DNA from: Candidatus Omnitrophota bacterium
GTDB taxonomy: Bacteria; Omnitrophota; Gorgyraeia; B26-G9
Assembly: GCA_043805415.1 (NCBI GenBank)
Contig: JAZDHZ010000037.1
Coordinates: 6,949 to 70,948, forward strand
Length of the DNA: 64,000 nucleotides
Direction of reading: 5' to 3'
In this document: piece by piece, positions 38,585 through 47,910 of the stretch
Layout of the letters: each line of letters opens with the position of its first letter
How positions within the stretch are numbered: the first letter of the stretch is position 1
Position numbers and translations under genes: made by a program
Notes under the pieces: model-generated
What the model saw: only the letters and a program-made list of their open reading frames with translations
What the model was told of the DNA's origin: nothing
The model's database searches: none

Positions 38585-39880
38585 TTAGAACTTTACTCCT
38601 AATGATAATATTGCCTGCATAGCTGTTTCGTCATTACCTGATACATAATAATCCCCAGGGAAGAACCAAGCTAAACTAAGGCCAAGATTAACATCTTCGG
38701 TATAAGCATAACCTGCCATAAGATCAAGCTCTGTTCCAGCTTCATCACTTGTTGAAGTAACACTAGCTACAGCAGGCTGACTCTCTGCTAATGTATACAT
38801 CCAATACTCTATACCAACAGTAAGTCTGTCAGCAGGTACTGCAGTTGCTGTTAAAGCAATCGCGCTGATGTTTGTGTTTGGATCATAAATAGCGCCATTT
38901 GTCTGATTTTCAAAAAGCGCTAACCATCCTTTATAATCCCCAGTTGTGCTGGTTGCATCATCACCTGAACGGGATACATACTTTAAACCAACTTTTGGCG
39001 CATATTCATTATCAATCGCATAATTTAAGCCTATATCATATGCCATTGCATCAAGATCACGCTTTGATGTAGCAGTCTTCGAGTAATCACCAAACTGATA
39101 CGCGATACCCAGTTTAGCTGATAATGCTTCTACTGGCTGCATTGTTAAGCATGCTGCTAATACATTTACATCCATTGCTGCTCCACTATCCGTTAAAACA
39201 CCGGTTAACCCATCAGCTGAGCTATAATGTGCTGTTGCATAATAAGCATCTAAAACAGTATTCTTATCATCTTCAAACTTATAGATACCGTCAACAACAT
39301 AAAGATCAATATCTCCATTGCTTGTCTGAGCAGTATCTCTTACTTTTGCTGTTCCAATGATAACTGTTAAAGGATCATAATCTAAAATACCAGCAATCGC
39401 GTCAAACTGGTTCTGGATTGAAAGATCTGGCGCAAGTAAGTTAGCTTCACCGGTTGTACCATCACCAACAATAAGGCCATCAGCAATAACCAAAGGCAGT
39501 CTTCCTGCTTTAACAGTTAAAGCAGAATAAAGCATTTCCTTCATAGTAATATAAGAAGCTAAAGCACTAATAGTCTGGTTGCTTCCAGCATCTGCCCAAT
39601 CTCTTTCATTACCTAATAACATGGTTGCCGATACATTGTCTGTTAAATCAGCCGCGACGCCTAATGTAGTTGCTGTATTATAGAAATCTCTTGCTCCTAC
39701 ATCGCTAAAGCCGCTTAGTGCTACTCCTCCGCCAGAACCTGTAGCCGAGAAGTTATCTCTCATAATCCCTTTGATTGTAATTCCACCATTTAGTTTAATA
39801 TTCTGTACTTCCGCGAATGCAGGCATTGCCACAAGCGCAACCATGCATACTGCTAGAAGAATTGATAGTATACGTTTCAT
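38585..39880 (-). CDS. Outer-membrane beta-barrel porin (alginate-export-like family)
   Basis: Signal peptide ending AMPAFA; ASYITMKEM...LTVKAGRL, GTELDL..GY.Y and WFFPGDY; C-terminal Phe; strong SD AAGGAGG. Confidence 0.8.
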   Translation of the reverse strand: MKRILSILLAVCMVALVAMPAFAEVQNIKLNGGITIKGIMRDNFSATGSGGGVALSGFSDVGARDFYNTATTLGVAADLTDNVSATMLLGNERDWADAGSNQTISALASYITMKEMLYSALTVKAGRLPLVIADGLIVGDGTTGEANLLAPDLSIQNQFDAIAGILDYDPLTVIIGTAKVRDTAQTSNGDIDLYVVDGIYKFEDDKNTVLDAYYATAHYSSADGLTGVLTDSGAAMDVNVLAACLTMQPVEALSAKLGIAYQFGDYSKTATSKRDLDAMAYDIGLNYAIDNEYAPKVGLKYVSRSGDDATSTTGDYKGWLALFENQTNGAIYDPNTNISAIALTATAVPADRLTVGIEYWMYTLAESQPAVASVTSTSDEAGTELDLMAGYAYTEDVNLGLSLAWFFPGDYYVSGNDETAMQAILSLGVKF

Positions 39881-40113
39881 GATTTTCCTCCTTAAAGAAA
39901 ATTATTTTAATTTATTTGTCCAACTAGGTCTATAGTTATAGGTTTGTCTATAGTTGCCCAGGTTATTTCTATCTTATTCCATTATCACCATATGTTTATA
40001 ACTCCAGGCTCTATTTTCCCCCACCTCCTTGTCGCCAGATTAAAGTTATATATGATGAACTTAGCAAATTCTTACCAAAAAAAACAAGTTTTTGATATTT
40101 TTTTAGCTAACTT

Positions 40114-40142
40114 AAATTAGCATAAATACAGTTTTTTGTCAA
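40114..40142 (-). promoter_or_regulatory. sigma70-type promoter of the porin gene (implies a 5' leader of about 225 nt)
   Basis: Minus strand TTGACA-17 nt-TAATTT with an extended TG. Confidence 0.55.
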
Positions 40143-40160
40143 TACTTTTTCTTTACAAAA

Positions 40161-40622
40161 TTAGAAATTTAATGTTCTGTGTGTTGACATGCAAGCATGA
40201 CACTCAACACACACATTTTTCTTCCCAGATACCTTAAGCTGCTGCCTCGCTCCTGCGTCAGAAGGGTTACCTACATGTTTGCCCCCAGGCCCATGGCAAG
40301 CCTCGCACTGCTTGCCAAGTAAATTCGGAGTTTTTTCTTCACTTTCAAACCCGCCTTTTCCATAGCCAGTCACATGACATTTTAAACACTCAGTATTCTT
40401 TTCTTCTCCTTGCATTTTCAATATTTTCCAGGATTTATTGAATTTTCGCTTTTGAAAATCTTGAAATTCAGCAGGATGGCAAGTGCTGCATTTTTCCGCG
40501 CCTAAATAAGCTCCTTGAGAAGCCTGATCAGTATTTTCCTGCGCGCAAACAAACTCTCCAGATGACGCGAATAACATCATTAAACACATACTACTAAAAA
40601 TTAAAATAATTTTCCCCTTCAA
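40161..40622 (-). CDS. Periplasmic tetraheme c-type cytochrome (c554-like)
   Basis: Signal peptide. Four CXXCH motifs (CSTCH, CLKCH, CEACH, CVECH). YLGAEKC..CH and QCEACHGPG..H signature. Confidence 0.88.
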   Translation of the reverse strand: MKGKIILIFSSMCLMMLFASSGEFVCAQENTDQASQGAYLGAEKCSTCHPAEFQDFQKRKFNKSWKILKMQGEEKNTECLKCHVTGYGKGGFESEEKTPNLLGKQCEACHGPGGKHVGNPSDAGARQQLKVSGKKNVCVECHACMSTHRTLNF

Positions 40623-40652
40623 AGCATCCTCCTCATATTAGTCCGTTTACAA

Positions 40653-41126
40653 TCACATATTGATAGAATTAGTTTTTTCAATTTCCTGTTTTACCAGACA
40701 CACTATTTTAGGAATTTTTGTTTTTAAAGTCTCGGACAGCTCCAAACTAAGCTCTATATCCTGAGGCACAATTCCGATCATCAGAGTCTCAGGCAATTGT
40801 TTATACTTTTTAGCATATTCAAGCACATGAAAAAAATCAACATCATGCAAGGATACATTCGCGTCTCTTTTAATATCAATCTGCCGCGGATCAAATTGAT
40901 ATATAGCCCCAGGCTCTTCGCTGGTTTTTATAGCATCGATTACAATTAATTTATCACATGCTTCCACAATTGGAAGTAAATCAAACCCTGCTGCCGCGCC
41001 ATCTACAAGCTCAACATTATCCGGCAAAGATTCTTTTTTTAATGCCTCAATAACATGAATCCCTATACCCTCATCTTTGAGCAATAAATTACCAATTCCT
41101 AATACTGTGATTTTTTTCTTAAACAA
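40653..41126 (-). CDS. Hydrogenase maturation protease (HyaD/HybD family)
   Basis: VLGIGNLLLKDEGIG, VELVDG, IDAI and SLHD. Confidence 0.93.
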   Translation of the reverse strand: MFKKKITVLGIGNLLLKDEGIGIHVIEALKKESLPDNVELVDGAAAGFDLLPIVEACDKLIVIDAIKTSEEPGAIYQFDPRQIDIKRDANVSLHDVDFFHVLEYAKKYKQLPETLMIGIVPQDIELSLELSETLKTKIPKIVCLVKQEIEKTNSINM

Positions 41127-41164
41127 AAAACACCCAAGTCATTAACAATAAATTTTATATTGCT

Positions 41165-42577
41165 TTAGCAAACTCTAAATTTCTTCATTTCGCCATTTGG
41201 CTTGGTCAAATGCACCGCGCAAGCAAGGCAAGGATCAAATGAACGAACAATTCTTGCCACATTAATCGGATTATCCGCGTCTGGAACCGGGCAGCCGATT
41301 AAAGCCTCTTCCACTGGACCGCGCTGGAAATCTTCATCCTTAGGGCTTAAATTCCAAGTCGAAGGAACTACTGCCTGATAATTAGCTATTTTTTTATTCT
41401 CAATTTTAATCCAATGTCCCAAAGCACCGCGCGGAGCTTCCGTTAAACCCATGCCTTCAGCTTTAGCCGGGATTTCAAACGGCGTAAACACCGGCTCGCC
41501 GGGTTTTAACTGCAGTACCCATTTTTCCATAGCCTCAGCAACTTTTAAAGCTTCCAAAGCTCGAGCCGCGTGTCTATCTAAAAGCGAAGCGCCTTTGCGA
41601 TAATCACCATTGACCCACATTCTGGCCAATGGACCTACCTCGTGAGGAATTCCATCATAACGCGGAGCTTTTACCCAAGAATAAGCATTATCTTTATTCA
41701 TATCCGGGTCTGTTTGTCCTTCTGAGGGATGTTTTTTGCCTATTTCTTTTTTATACCAGGAAAACTCGACATCCTCACTAATTTTTTGCGCATTCATTTC
41801 CAGATCAATTCCCGAGGTATAACGCCCTGGCTTAAACAGAAATTCAGTTTTTTCATCATCTTCGCCAAAAACCCCATAAGAAAGGAAATTTTTATAACCA
41901 ATGCCGACTTCGCCATAATCTTTATACACATCAGCAACTGCCAAAACATCAGGCAGATAAATGTTTTTAATAAAATCTTTAAGCTCTCTGATTCTCCAAA
42001 GTGTTGAGGCAATCCTATCTACAGAAACTTTCTGGGAAACTCCGCCCGGGGTTATTGACTGAGCCATAGGAACTTTACCTGCCCATAAAGCAGTTAATTC
42101 ATGCGCTTTCATCCTCATCTCTAAAGCTTGGATATAATGCTCAACAGCCGCATCATTAACTTTTTTAGGCAGCAAATAATCTCCCTTATATCTCGGAACA
42201 AAAGGCGCTACATCCGGGCCTGTAACAAAATCAAGCGCCGCCAGATGATAAAAATGCAAAATATGCGATTGAATGTAGTTTCCGCCCAGGATCAGGTTTC
42301 TGACTATCCGTCCATTTGATGGAGGATTAACATTAAAAGCTGAATCAAGACTCAATGTGGCGGCAATAGCATGACTAATCGGACAAACTCCGCAAATCCG
42401 CTGAGTTATCATCTGCGCGTCGCGCGGATCTCTGCCATTTAATATAGTTTCAAAACCTCTAAAAAGCGTTCCGATAGAACGCGCGTCAATAACTTTGCCG
42501 TTATCAACATCAACTTCAATTTTAAGATGCCCCTCAATTCTGGTAATGGGATCAATACTTATGGTTTGTTTGGCCAT
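41165..42577 (-). CDS. [NiFe] hydrogenase large subunit, group 1a-like (Cys, not Sec)
   Basis: IDPITRIEGH, L1 QRICGVCPISH, HILHFYHL, EAPRGALGHW, L2 RSFDPCLACAVH and a cleavable C-terminal tail. Confidence 0.93.
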   Translation of the reverse strand: MAKQTISIDPITRIEGHLKIEVDVDNGKVIDARSIGTLFRGFETILNGRDPRDAQMITQRICGVCPISHAIAATLSLDSAFNVNPPSNGRIVRNLILGGNYIQSHILHFYHLAALDFVTGPDVAPFVPRYKGDYLLPKKVNDAAVEHYIQALEMRMKAHELTALWAGKVPMAQSITPGGVSQKVSVDRIASTLWRIRELKDFIKNIYLPDVLAVADVYKDYGEVGIGYKNFLSYGVFGEDDEKTEFLFKPGRYTSGIDLEMNAQKISEDVEFSWYKKEIGKKHPSEGQTDPDMNKDNAYSWVKAPRYDGIPHEVGPLARMWVNGDYRKGASLLDRHAARALEALKVAEAMEKWVLQLKPGEPVFTPFEIPAKAEGMGLTEAPRGALGHWIKIENKKIANYQAVVPSTWNLSPKDEDFQRGPVEEALIGCPVPDADNPINVARIVRSFDPCLACAVHLTKPNGEMKKFRVC

Positions 42578-42597
42578 GGCCAGCTCCTTTTATCTTA

Positions 42598-43527
42598 TCA
42601 AACTATTCGGTTAGGAATCATATTTTCCGGCAACTTAGCATACATTGGCGAAGAAGCATCAGGAAAATTTGGTTCAGTACAGGCAATACATCCGGTTCCT
42701 GAGCCAATACACCAGTTTACCCCGCTATTCCAATGACGCAGAGGGCAATCAGCATAAGCCATTGGGCCTTTACAACCTAAATTCACCAGACAGCCATCAT
42801 CGCTTAATTTTTCCGCGAACTTACCATTAGCAAAATATGAATAATTTGGACAGTTATCGTGGAGATTCTTACCATAGAACAATGTAGGTCTATTATGCTT
42901 ATCCAACTCAGGCATTCCAAAAAGAAGCACGTGTACGAGAGTTCCGACTATCCAATCAGGATGTGCTGGACAGCCAGAGATATTAACCACAGTTTTACCA
43001 GTATATTCAGCAAAACTTTTAACCCCGGTAGGATTAGGCTTTGCTTTGGGGATTCCGCCAAAAGCAGCGCAAGCGCCCACAGCAACTAAAGCAGCGGCAT
43101 TTGGAACAAGGAAATCCAACAATTCTGTTAATTTTATTTCCTGTCCATTATGCTCACCAATTTTACAGTAAGCTCCATTTTCCGCGGTAGGTACTCCGCC
43201 CTCAAGGACTACTATATATTTTCCCTTAAACTCTTCTGCCACTTCATAAATTACATCAAAAGCTGTTTTACCTGTTCCCGCCATTACCGTAGGATGATAG
43301 CGTAAACTTATAACATGTAATAAAACTTCCGCTATCTTCGGATGGACTGTATTTAGAAGTGAAACTGAACAACCGTTACAACCTGCGCCTTGAATCCAAA
43401 TAACCGGCGGTTTTCCATCATCAGCTGCTAAAGCATCAATTAATGCAGGGTTATACAAACTTGTAATACCTGCTCCAATAGCCGAAGACCCAAAGATTTT
43501 AAGAAATTGTCTGCGGGTAAGATTCAT
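42598..43527 (-). CDS. [NiFe] hydrogenase small subunit with Tat signal and no TM anchor
   Basis: MNLTRRQFLK, WIQGAGCNGC, GACAAFGG, GCPAHP, HDNC, LGCKGP and NWCIG..GCIAC. Confidence 0.95.
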   Translation of the reverse strand: MNLTRRQFLKIFGSSAIGAGITSLYNPALIDALAADDGKPPVIWIQGAGCNGCSVSLLNTVHPKIAEVLLHVISLRYHPTVMAGTGKTAFDVIYEVAEEFKGKYIVVLEGGVPTAENGAYCKIGEHNGQEIKLTELLDFLVPNAAALVAVGACAAFGGIPKAKPNPTGVKSFAEYTGKTVVNISGCPAHPDWIVGTLVHVLLFGMPELDKHNRPTLFYGKNLHDNCPNYSYFANGKFAEKLSDDGCLVNLGCKGPMAYADCPLRHWNSGVNWCIGSGTGCIACTEPNFPDASSPMYAKLPENMIPNRIV

Positions 43528-43572
43528 ATACCCCTCCTTTTTACAAGCCCCTATGAATATAAACCTTTTTTT

Positions 43573-43600
43573 ATTTTACATCGCAACTGCATCAAGTCAA
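43573..43600 (-). promoter_or_regulatory. sigma70-type promoter of the hydrogenase operon
   Basis: Minus strand TTGACT-16 nt-TAAAAT. Confidence 0.55.
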
Positions 43601-43620
43601 GATAAATCTTAGCGCATTGA

Positions 43621-44536
43621 TTATTTTTCATAACCCAAACGCCGCAAAAAAATCTCATCTTTACGCCAGTTTTCCTGTACCTTTACCCATAATTCCAAAT
43701 AAACTTTTCTGCCAATAAATTCTTCGACATTAACTCTTGCCGATGAGCCTATATCTTTCAGCATCTTACCATCCCGGCCTATTACAATTTTTTTCTGCGC
43801 GTCCCTTTCTAGAAAAATAGTCGCCTGGATAAGCGTTTTACGCCCAGGATTATCGGCAAATGTATGCACCTCTACCGCCACAGAATGCGGAATTTCTTCT
43901 CGGCATAATCGCAAAACTTGTTCCCGAATAAGTTCAGCGACAACAAAGCGTTCATTTTTGTCTGTTAGCTGATCCTGAGGAAAATACTCCGGACCTTGCG
44001 GCAGGATCTGTTTAATTTTCTCTAAAACCAAGCCGCAGTTTTCTCCGGTTTTTCCCGAAACAGGAATAAAATCATTAAAAGATATTTGGCGGCTGCAAGC
44101 CTCCAGCAAAGCAAGAATATCGTTTTTGGGAATCAAATCTATTTTATTAATTAAAACAGCAGTCCATAAACAATTCTCTGCTATTTTTTTTTTCTTTAAG
44201 TGTTCTAAAAATATGCTGGTCTGCTTTTGTTATGCCGGTTACCGCGTCAATGATCAGAATTACAATATCCGCATCTTCCACCGCGCTCATCGCGCTTTTA
44301 ACCATATGATTACCCAGATTTGTTAGCGGCTTATGCACACCCGGGGTATCGACAAAAATTATCTGTGATTGGCTATCGCTAAGAATACCTAAAATCGCGT
44401 CCCGGGTTGTCTGGGGCTTATCAGAAATAATCGATAATTTTTCAGCTAAAAAACAATTCAACAATGTTGATTTGCCCACATTTGGCTTGCCCATTAAGGC
44501 AACATATCCTGATTTAAAATTTTTATTTTTTTCCAT
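43621..44536 (-). pseudogene. era: GTPase Era split by a frameshift in an A10 homopolymer (ORFs 44147-44536 and 43621-44136)
   Basis: G1 GKPNVGKST, G2 PQTTR and G3 DTPG are in the first frame; G4 NKID, EEIPHS and the KH domain are in the other. An A9 run instead of A10 (T run 44184-44193) would fuse them. Confidence 0.88.
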
Positions 44537-44558
44537 TTAAGTCTCTTTTTTAATCTTT

Positions 44559-45782
44559 CTATTTTAATTCAATATTCTTACATGCCAGCGGACATATGCC
44601 GCAGTTTGAATCACAAGGTTCAATATGTATACTAACTTTTTCATACTTAAAGTTACGGATTAAAGCTTCCTCTAATTGATGCTCTAAATCATGAGCCTGG
44701 TCAACATTCATCAACTTGGAAATAACTACCTGTAAATTCAGAAAATCCCCGCTCTCATTACTCAGCAATTCAAAACTATGATAATTAATCACATCCGGAT
44801 ATTCTTTAAATATTTGCTTAAGCATTTTAGCGGCATCGGATTTCTTTTTCTGGATTATTCTTTTTAAATCAATATGCACAATTGGGCTTGATATAATATT
44901 TTTCGCGATTCGGGTTTCAACCGAAGTCGCGATCTGATGCGCTTGCACTGAATCAAGCGTATTGTCTACTTCCACATGTAAGGAAATTGCTTTCAGCTGT
45001 CCATAATCATGGGCAATTATATCATGAACGCCCTCAACTCCGGCCACGGAAAGAGCGATTTTTTTAATCTGCGCGATCAATTCACTGTCAGCGGCTTTGC
45101 CTAAAAGATGAAAGGTCGATTCCCGGATAAGCTGTATGCCCATATACATAATATATCCAGCCACCATTGCGCCGAAAAAAGCATCGAGCCAGAATATTTT
45201 AAACATTGATCCCATAACCGCGATAATTACCAGCAAAGTTGAAATCGCGTCACTGCGATGATGCCAGGCATCTGCATCCAGAGTTTTTGATTTAATCTTT
45301 TTCCCTAAATGAAAAGAAAATCTTGCTAACCATTCTTTAATCACCACAGTTATACTCAAAAAAACTATAAACAAAGGATTTGACCCAACAGCAACCGGAT
45401 TAAACATTCTCATAACCGCGCCATGTAAAAGCTCAAGTCCGACTAAAGTCAGCACAACCGCGATAATCAGCGTGGCAATATCTTCCATCCGGCCATGGCC
45501 GAAAGGATGGTCTTGATCCGCAGGTTTTTGGGCAATTTTAAAACCCAAAATCACAACCGCTGAAGTTGCGACATCGGAAATAGTATGAATCGCATCAGCA
45601 ATAATACTAATACTGCCGCTGATCATTCCCATGCTTATCTTCAGCAGAAAAATAAGGGAGTTAACTACCAGACTAACCCATCCCTCAAGATAGCCAAAAC
45701 GCGCGCGTACAGACAGATCGCTGCAATCCTGATCCGCGAGCTTTGCTTTTTTTATCATAAATTCAGTAAAATTAAAACCCAT
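44559..45782 (-). CDS. Cation diffusion facilitator (FieF-like) with duplicated C-terminal domain
   Basis: ADAIHTISD, PAD.DHPFGHGR.E and ADAWHHRSD; two AH.....E...IH motifs; Cys-rich tail. Start reassigned to ATG 45782. Confidence 0.88.
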   Translation of the reverse strand: MGFNFTEFMIKKAKLADQDCSDLSVRARFGYLEGWVSLVVNSLIFLLKISMGMISGSISIIADAIHTISDVATSAVVILGFKIAQKPADQDHPFGHGRMEDIATLIIAVVLTLVGLELLHGAVMRMFNPVAVGSNPLFIVFLSITVVIKEWLARFSFHLGKKIKSKTLDADAWHHRSDAISTLLVIIAVMGSMFKIFWLDAFFGAMVAGYIMYMGIQLIRESTFHLLGKAADSELIAQIKKIALSVAGVEGVHDIIAHDYGQLKAISLHVEVDNTLDSVQAHQIATSVETRIAKNIISSPIVHIDLKRIIQKKKSDAAKMLKQIFKEYPDVINYHSFELLSNESGDFLNLQVVISKLMNVDQAHDLEHQLEEALIRNFKYEKVSIHIEPCDSNCGICPLACKNIELK

Positions 45783-45786
45783 ATTT

Positions 45787-46275
45787 TTATCCCAATGAAA
45801 TATTTTTATTTTTTTTAAGCTGTTCAACAAAAGCAAACTGTTCACTGCTGATAACCTTTATTCCTTGTTTTTTTAAAAGCTTCGTCAGTATGCCGTCACC
45901 TTCTATAAGCCGATTGGAAAATGTCCCGTCATATATCTGTCCTACGCCGCAGCAGGCGCTTTTTGCTTTCATAACCGCGAGATTGATCTTATTTTCTTTT
46001 GCGATTTCCAGAGCCTGACAACAGCTGTTTACAATTGCCGCGGTAATATTCTCGCCTAAATTATTCACAACTATTGCCTGCCCATTCAGCACATCCTCCC
46101 CTGTACCGCCGACTATTTCACAAGGCAATCTAGGAGTTGTAAACCCAGCCATTACTTCCGGGCACACCGCAATAATTTTGTTTTTGTTTTTTAATTCCGC
46201 AATGATATTATTAGCACAATCCTGTCCATTATAGCGGCATTTTGTACCAGCCAAACAAGCGCTTACTAAAATCAT
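45787..46275 (-). CDS. DUF523 family protein (2-thiouracil desulfurase-like)
   Basis: ILVSACLAG..CRYNG, VCPEV.AG..TPR, K.KS..CG..QIYDGTF and G.G. Confidence 0.88.
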   Translation of the reverse strand: MILVSACLAGTKCRYNGQDCANNIIAELKNKNKIIAVCPEVMAGFTTPRLPCEIVGGTGEDVLNGQAIVVNNLGENITAAIVNSCCQALEIAKENKINLAVMKAKSACCGVGQIYDGTFSNRLIEGDGILTKLLKKQGIKVISSEQFAFVEQLKKNKNISLG

Positions 46276-47372
46276 AGGTTTTTACTGCCTTTTTCTTGGG
46301 CATATATTCCCTGGGCATAATCTTGAGCTAAAGCCATGCGCCGCGCATCGGAAATATTTCCATTTAAGATCTGATTGACAAAATAGTCTATGTCCAGTTT
46401 ATCGCGATTCTGCTGCTGGCGAATCAATAAAGAGATAAACGCGTCCGGTGCCTGTGTCATCTTAAGAGCATAGATATCAGCCTGTTTATCCATGGAACGA
46501 AAATAACTATTTTGAATCAAAGCCATTAGCAGAAATATAATAAAAAAAAGCCCGATTAAAACTGGTAATGTCTCAATATCAAATATGAATTCAAAACCAA
46601 AATAACCCGCTACTGGTTTAAAGGCAATATTAACAATTAAAAAAACAAGCAGCATGACCAAGGCTTCGATTATTAGTTTTGAGCGAATATGCCCATAGTA
46701 ATGGTTTGCCGCTTCGCGAGCAACAATGATTTCAATTTCCTCAGGAGCATAATCCCTGATTTTCTCACTAAGCATAAGCTTGCGTACAGGGCCATAACCT
46801 AGAATAACAACTTCCGCTTTAGCCTGGGCAAGAAAAAAAACATTCGTAACTTTTATATTTGCCCGGCCCACTAACTCAATCAGTCTTTGTTTAAACTCCG
46901 AGGAGTCTAATGCTGTAGATTGCAAAAATAAAGGGGCTAAATACTTAGGCGCGAGCTCTAAGGAATAGCGGGATATAATGCATAAAAATGCCACTGGCAG
47001 CCACCACCATAAGACATCTGTTTCCAGAAAAAAATATATCACCTGTATGACAAAAAACAGAACAGAAAAAGCTCTAACTTCTTTTTTAAATAGCGTTTGA
47101 AACCAATCAATGAAATTGTTTGCTCTGATATAAACCAATCCTTGGTAATACTTAAGCGGAAAAGAGAAAATAAAATAAAAAGCATAAAACAAAAAGAAAT
47201 AGAGCGTTATTATAATTATTGAATTGCCGGTAAATAAACTAACAATATTCCGCAATGGACGGGAAAAACTAAATGCCATAATAAACAGAAAAAGCATTGC
47301 GGCCGCAGCATTAAGTATAAAAAAAATGTTTTTTTTATTAAAATTGAACTTTGAGATTATGGCATCAAGCAC
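46272..47372 (-). CDS. Ste24/M48 peptidase-like membrane protein lacking HEXXH
   Basis: M48 layout (WWW, LAPLF, G.G..RK..L, EIE.IVA), but the zinc motif reads AREAANH. Start reassigned to GTG 47372 after SD AGGGGAG. Confidence 0.7.
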   Translation of the reverse strand: MLDAIISKFNFNKKNIFFILNAAAAMLFLFIMAFSFSRPLRNIVSLFTGNSIIIITLYFFLFYAFYFIFSFPLKYYQGLVYIRANNFIDWFQTLFKKEVRAFSVLFFVIQVIYFFLETDVLWWWLPVAFLCIISRYSLELAPKYLAPLFLQSTALDSSEFKQRLIELVGRANIKVTNVFFLAQAKAEVVILGYGPVRKLMLSEKIRDYAPEEIEIIVAREAANHYYGHIRSKLIIEALVMLLVFLIVNIAFKPVAGYFGFEFIFDIETLPVLIGLFFIIFLLMALIQNSYFRSMDKQADIYALKMTQAPDAFISLLIRQQQNRDKLDIDYFVNQILNGNISDARRMALAQDYAQGIYAQEKGSKNL

Positions 47373-47898
47373 TACACTTACTCCCCTTTTTAAGCAGCTT
47401 ATTGCGAATAAAGTTGAATATATTAATATATTCAACTTTACAGTAATCCGCATATGTCCAAGCCCATGGACAAAAAGTCTTACCCCGGTAACGCAGGGTT
47501 ACTTCAGCAAAAATACCTTTGTCTAAATAAATCCTATGCTGATGATCTTTTGTTGTCGCTAAGACTAATTTTGAAACAGAAAGATATCCTGGATCAATAT
47601 TAACATATCTTTTGCCCTGGCAAGAAAAAAATTTTTCTTCGATTTTATTGGTTTTTAATTTTATACTCGCCAGCGCTTCGGGTTTTATCAAACCGCTAAA
47701 ACTTAAAAACTGCCGTTTAAGCCCAATCCCCATTTCCCGCGCATAGTATCGGGTAGAATCAAACTCGAGAATTTCACTTGTATAATCAATTTTGCCAAAA
47801 GTCTTTGCTAATCTTAATCCAGCAATATCTAAAAATTCTTGCTTGGCAATAAGACCAATTATTAATTTAGCTTGTTCCGGTTTGGCAATTTGTCCCAT
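47365..47898 (-). CDS. DUF4416 family protein
   Basis: YYAREMG, LASIKLKTN.IE, R.VNIDPGY, LVLATTKD..HRIYL..GIFAE and WTY.DY. Confidence 0.85.
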   Translation of the reverse strand: MGQIAKPEQAKLIIGLIAKQEFLDIAGLRLAKTFGKIDYTSEILEFDSTRYYAREMGIGLKRQFLSFSGLIKPEALASIKLKTNKIEEKFFSCQGKRYVNIDPGYLSVSKLVLATTKDHQHRIYLDKGIFAEVTLRYRGKTFCPWAWTYADYCKVEYINIFNFIRNKLLKKGSKCSA

Positions 47899-47910
47899 AT
47901 TTAAAAATGA

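Noticed and set aside
40061-40080. sigma54 promoter TGGTAAGAATTTGCT upstream of the porin
   Set aside because: The GG-to-GC spacing is 9 nt rather than the strict 10, and a good sigma70 promoter is nearby.
41205-41245. Selenocysteine in the hydrogenase large subunit ([NiFeSe])
   Set aside because: The codon in DPCLAC is TGC (Cys), not TGA, and the ORF reads through normally.
44559-45782. Magnetosome MamB/MamM
   Set aside because: It has generic FieF-like motifs and no mam genes nearby. The actin-like protein at 28544-30697 is FtsA-type, not MamK.
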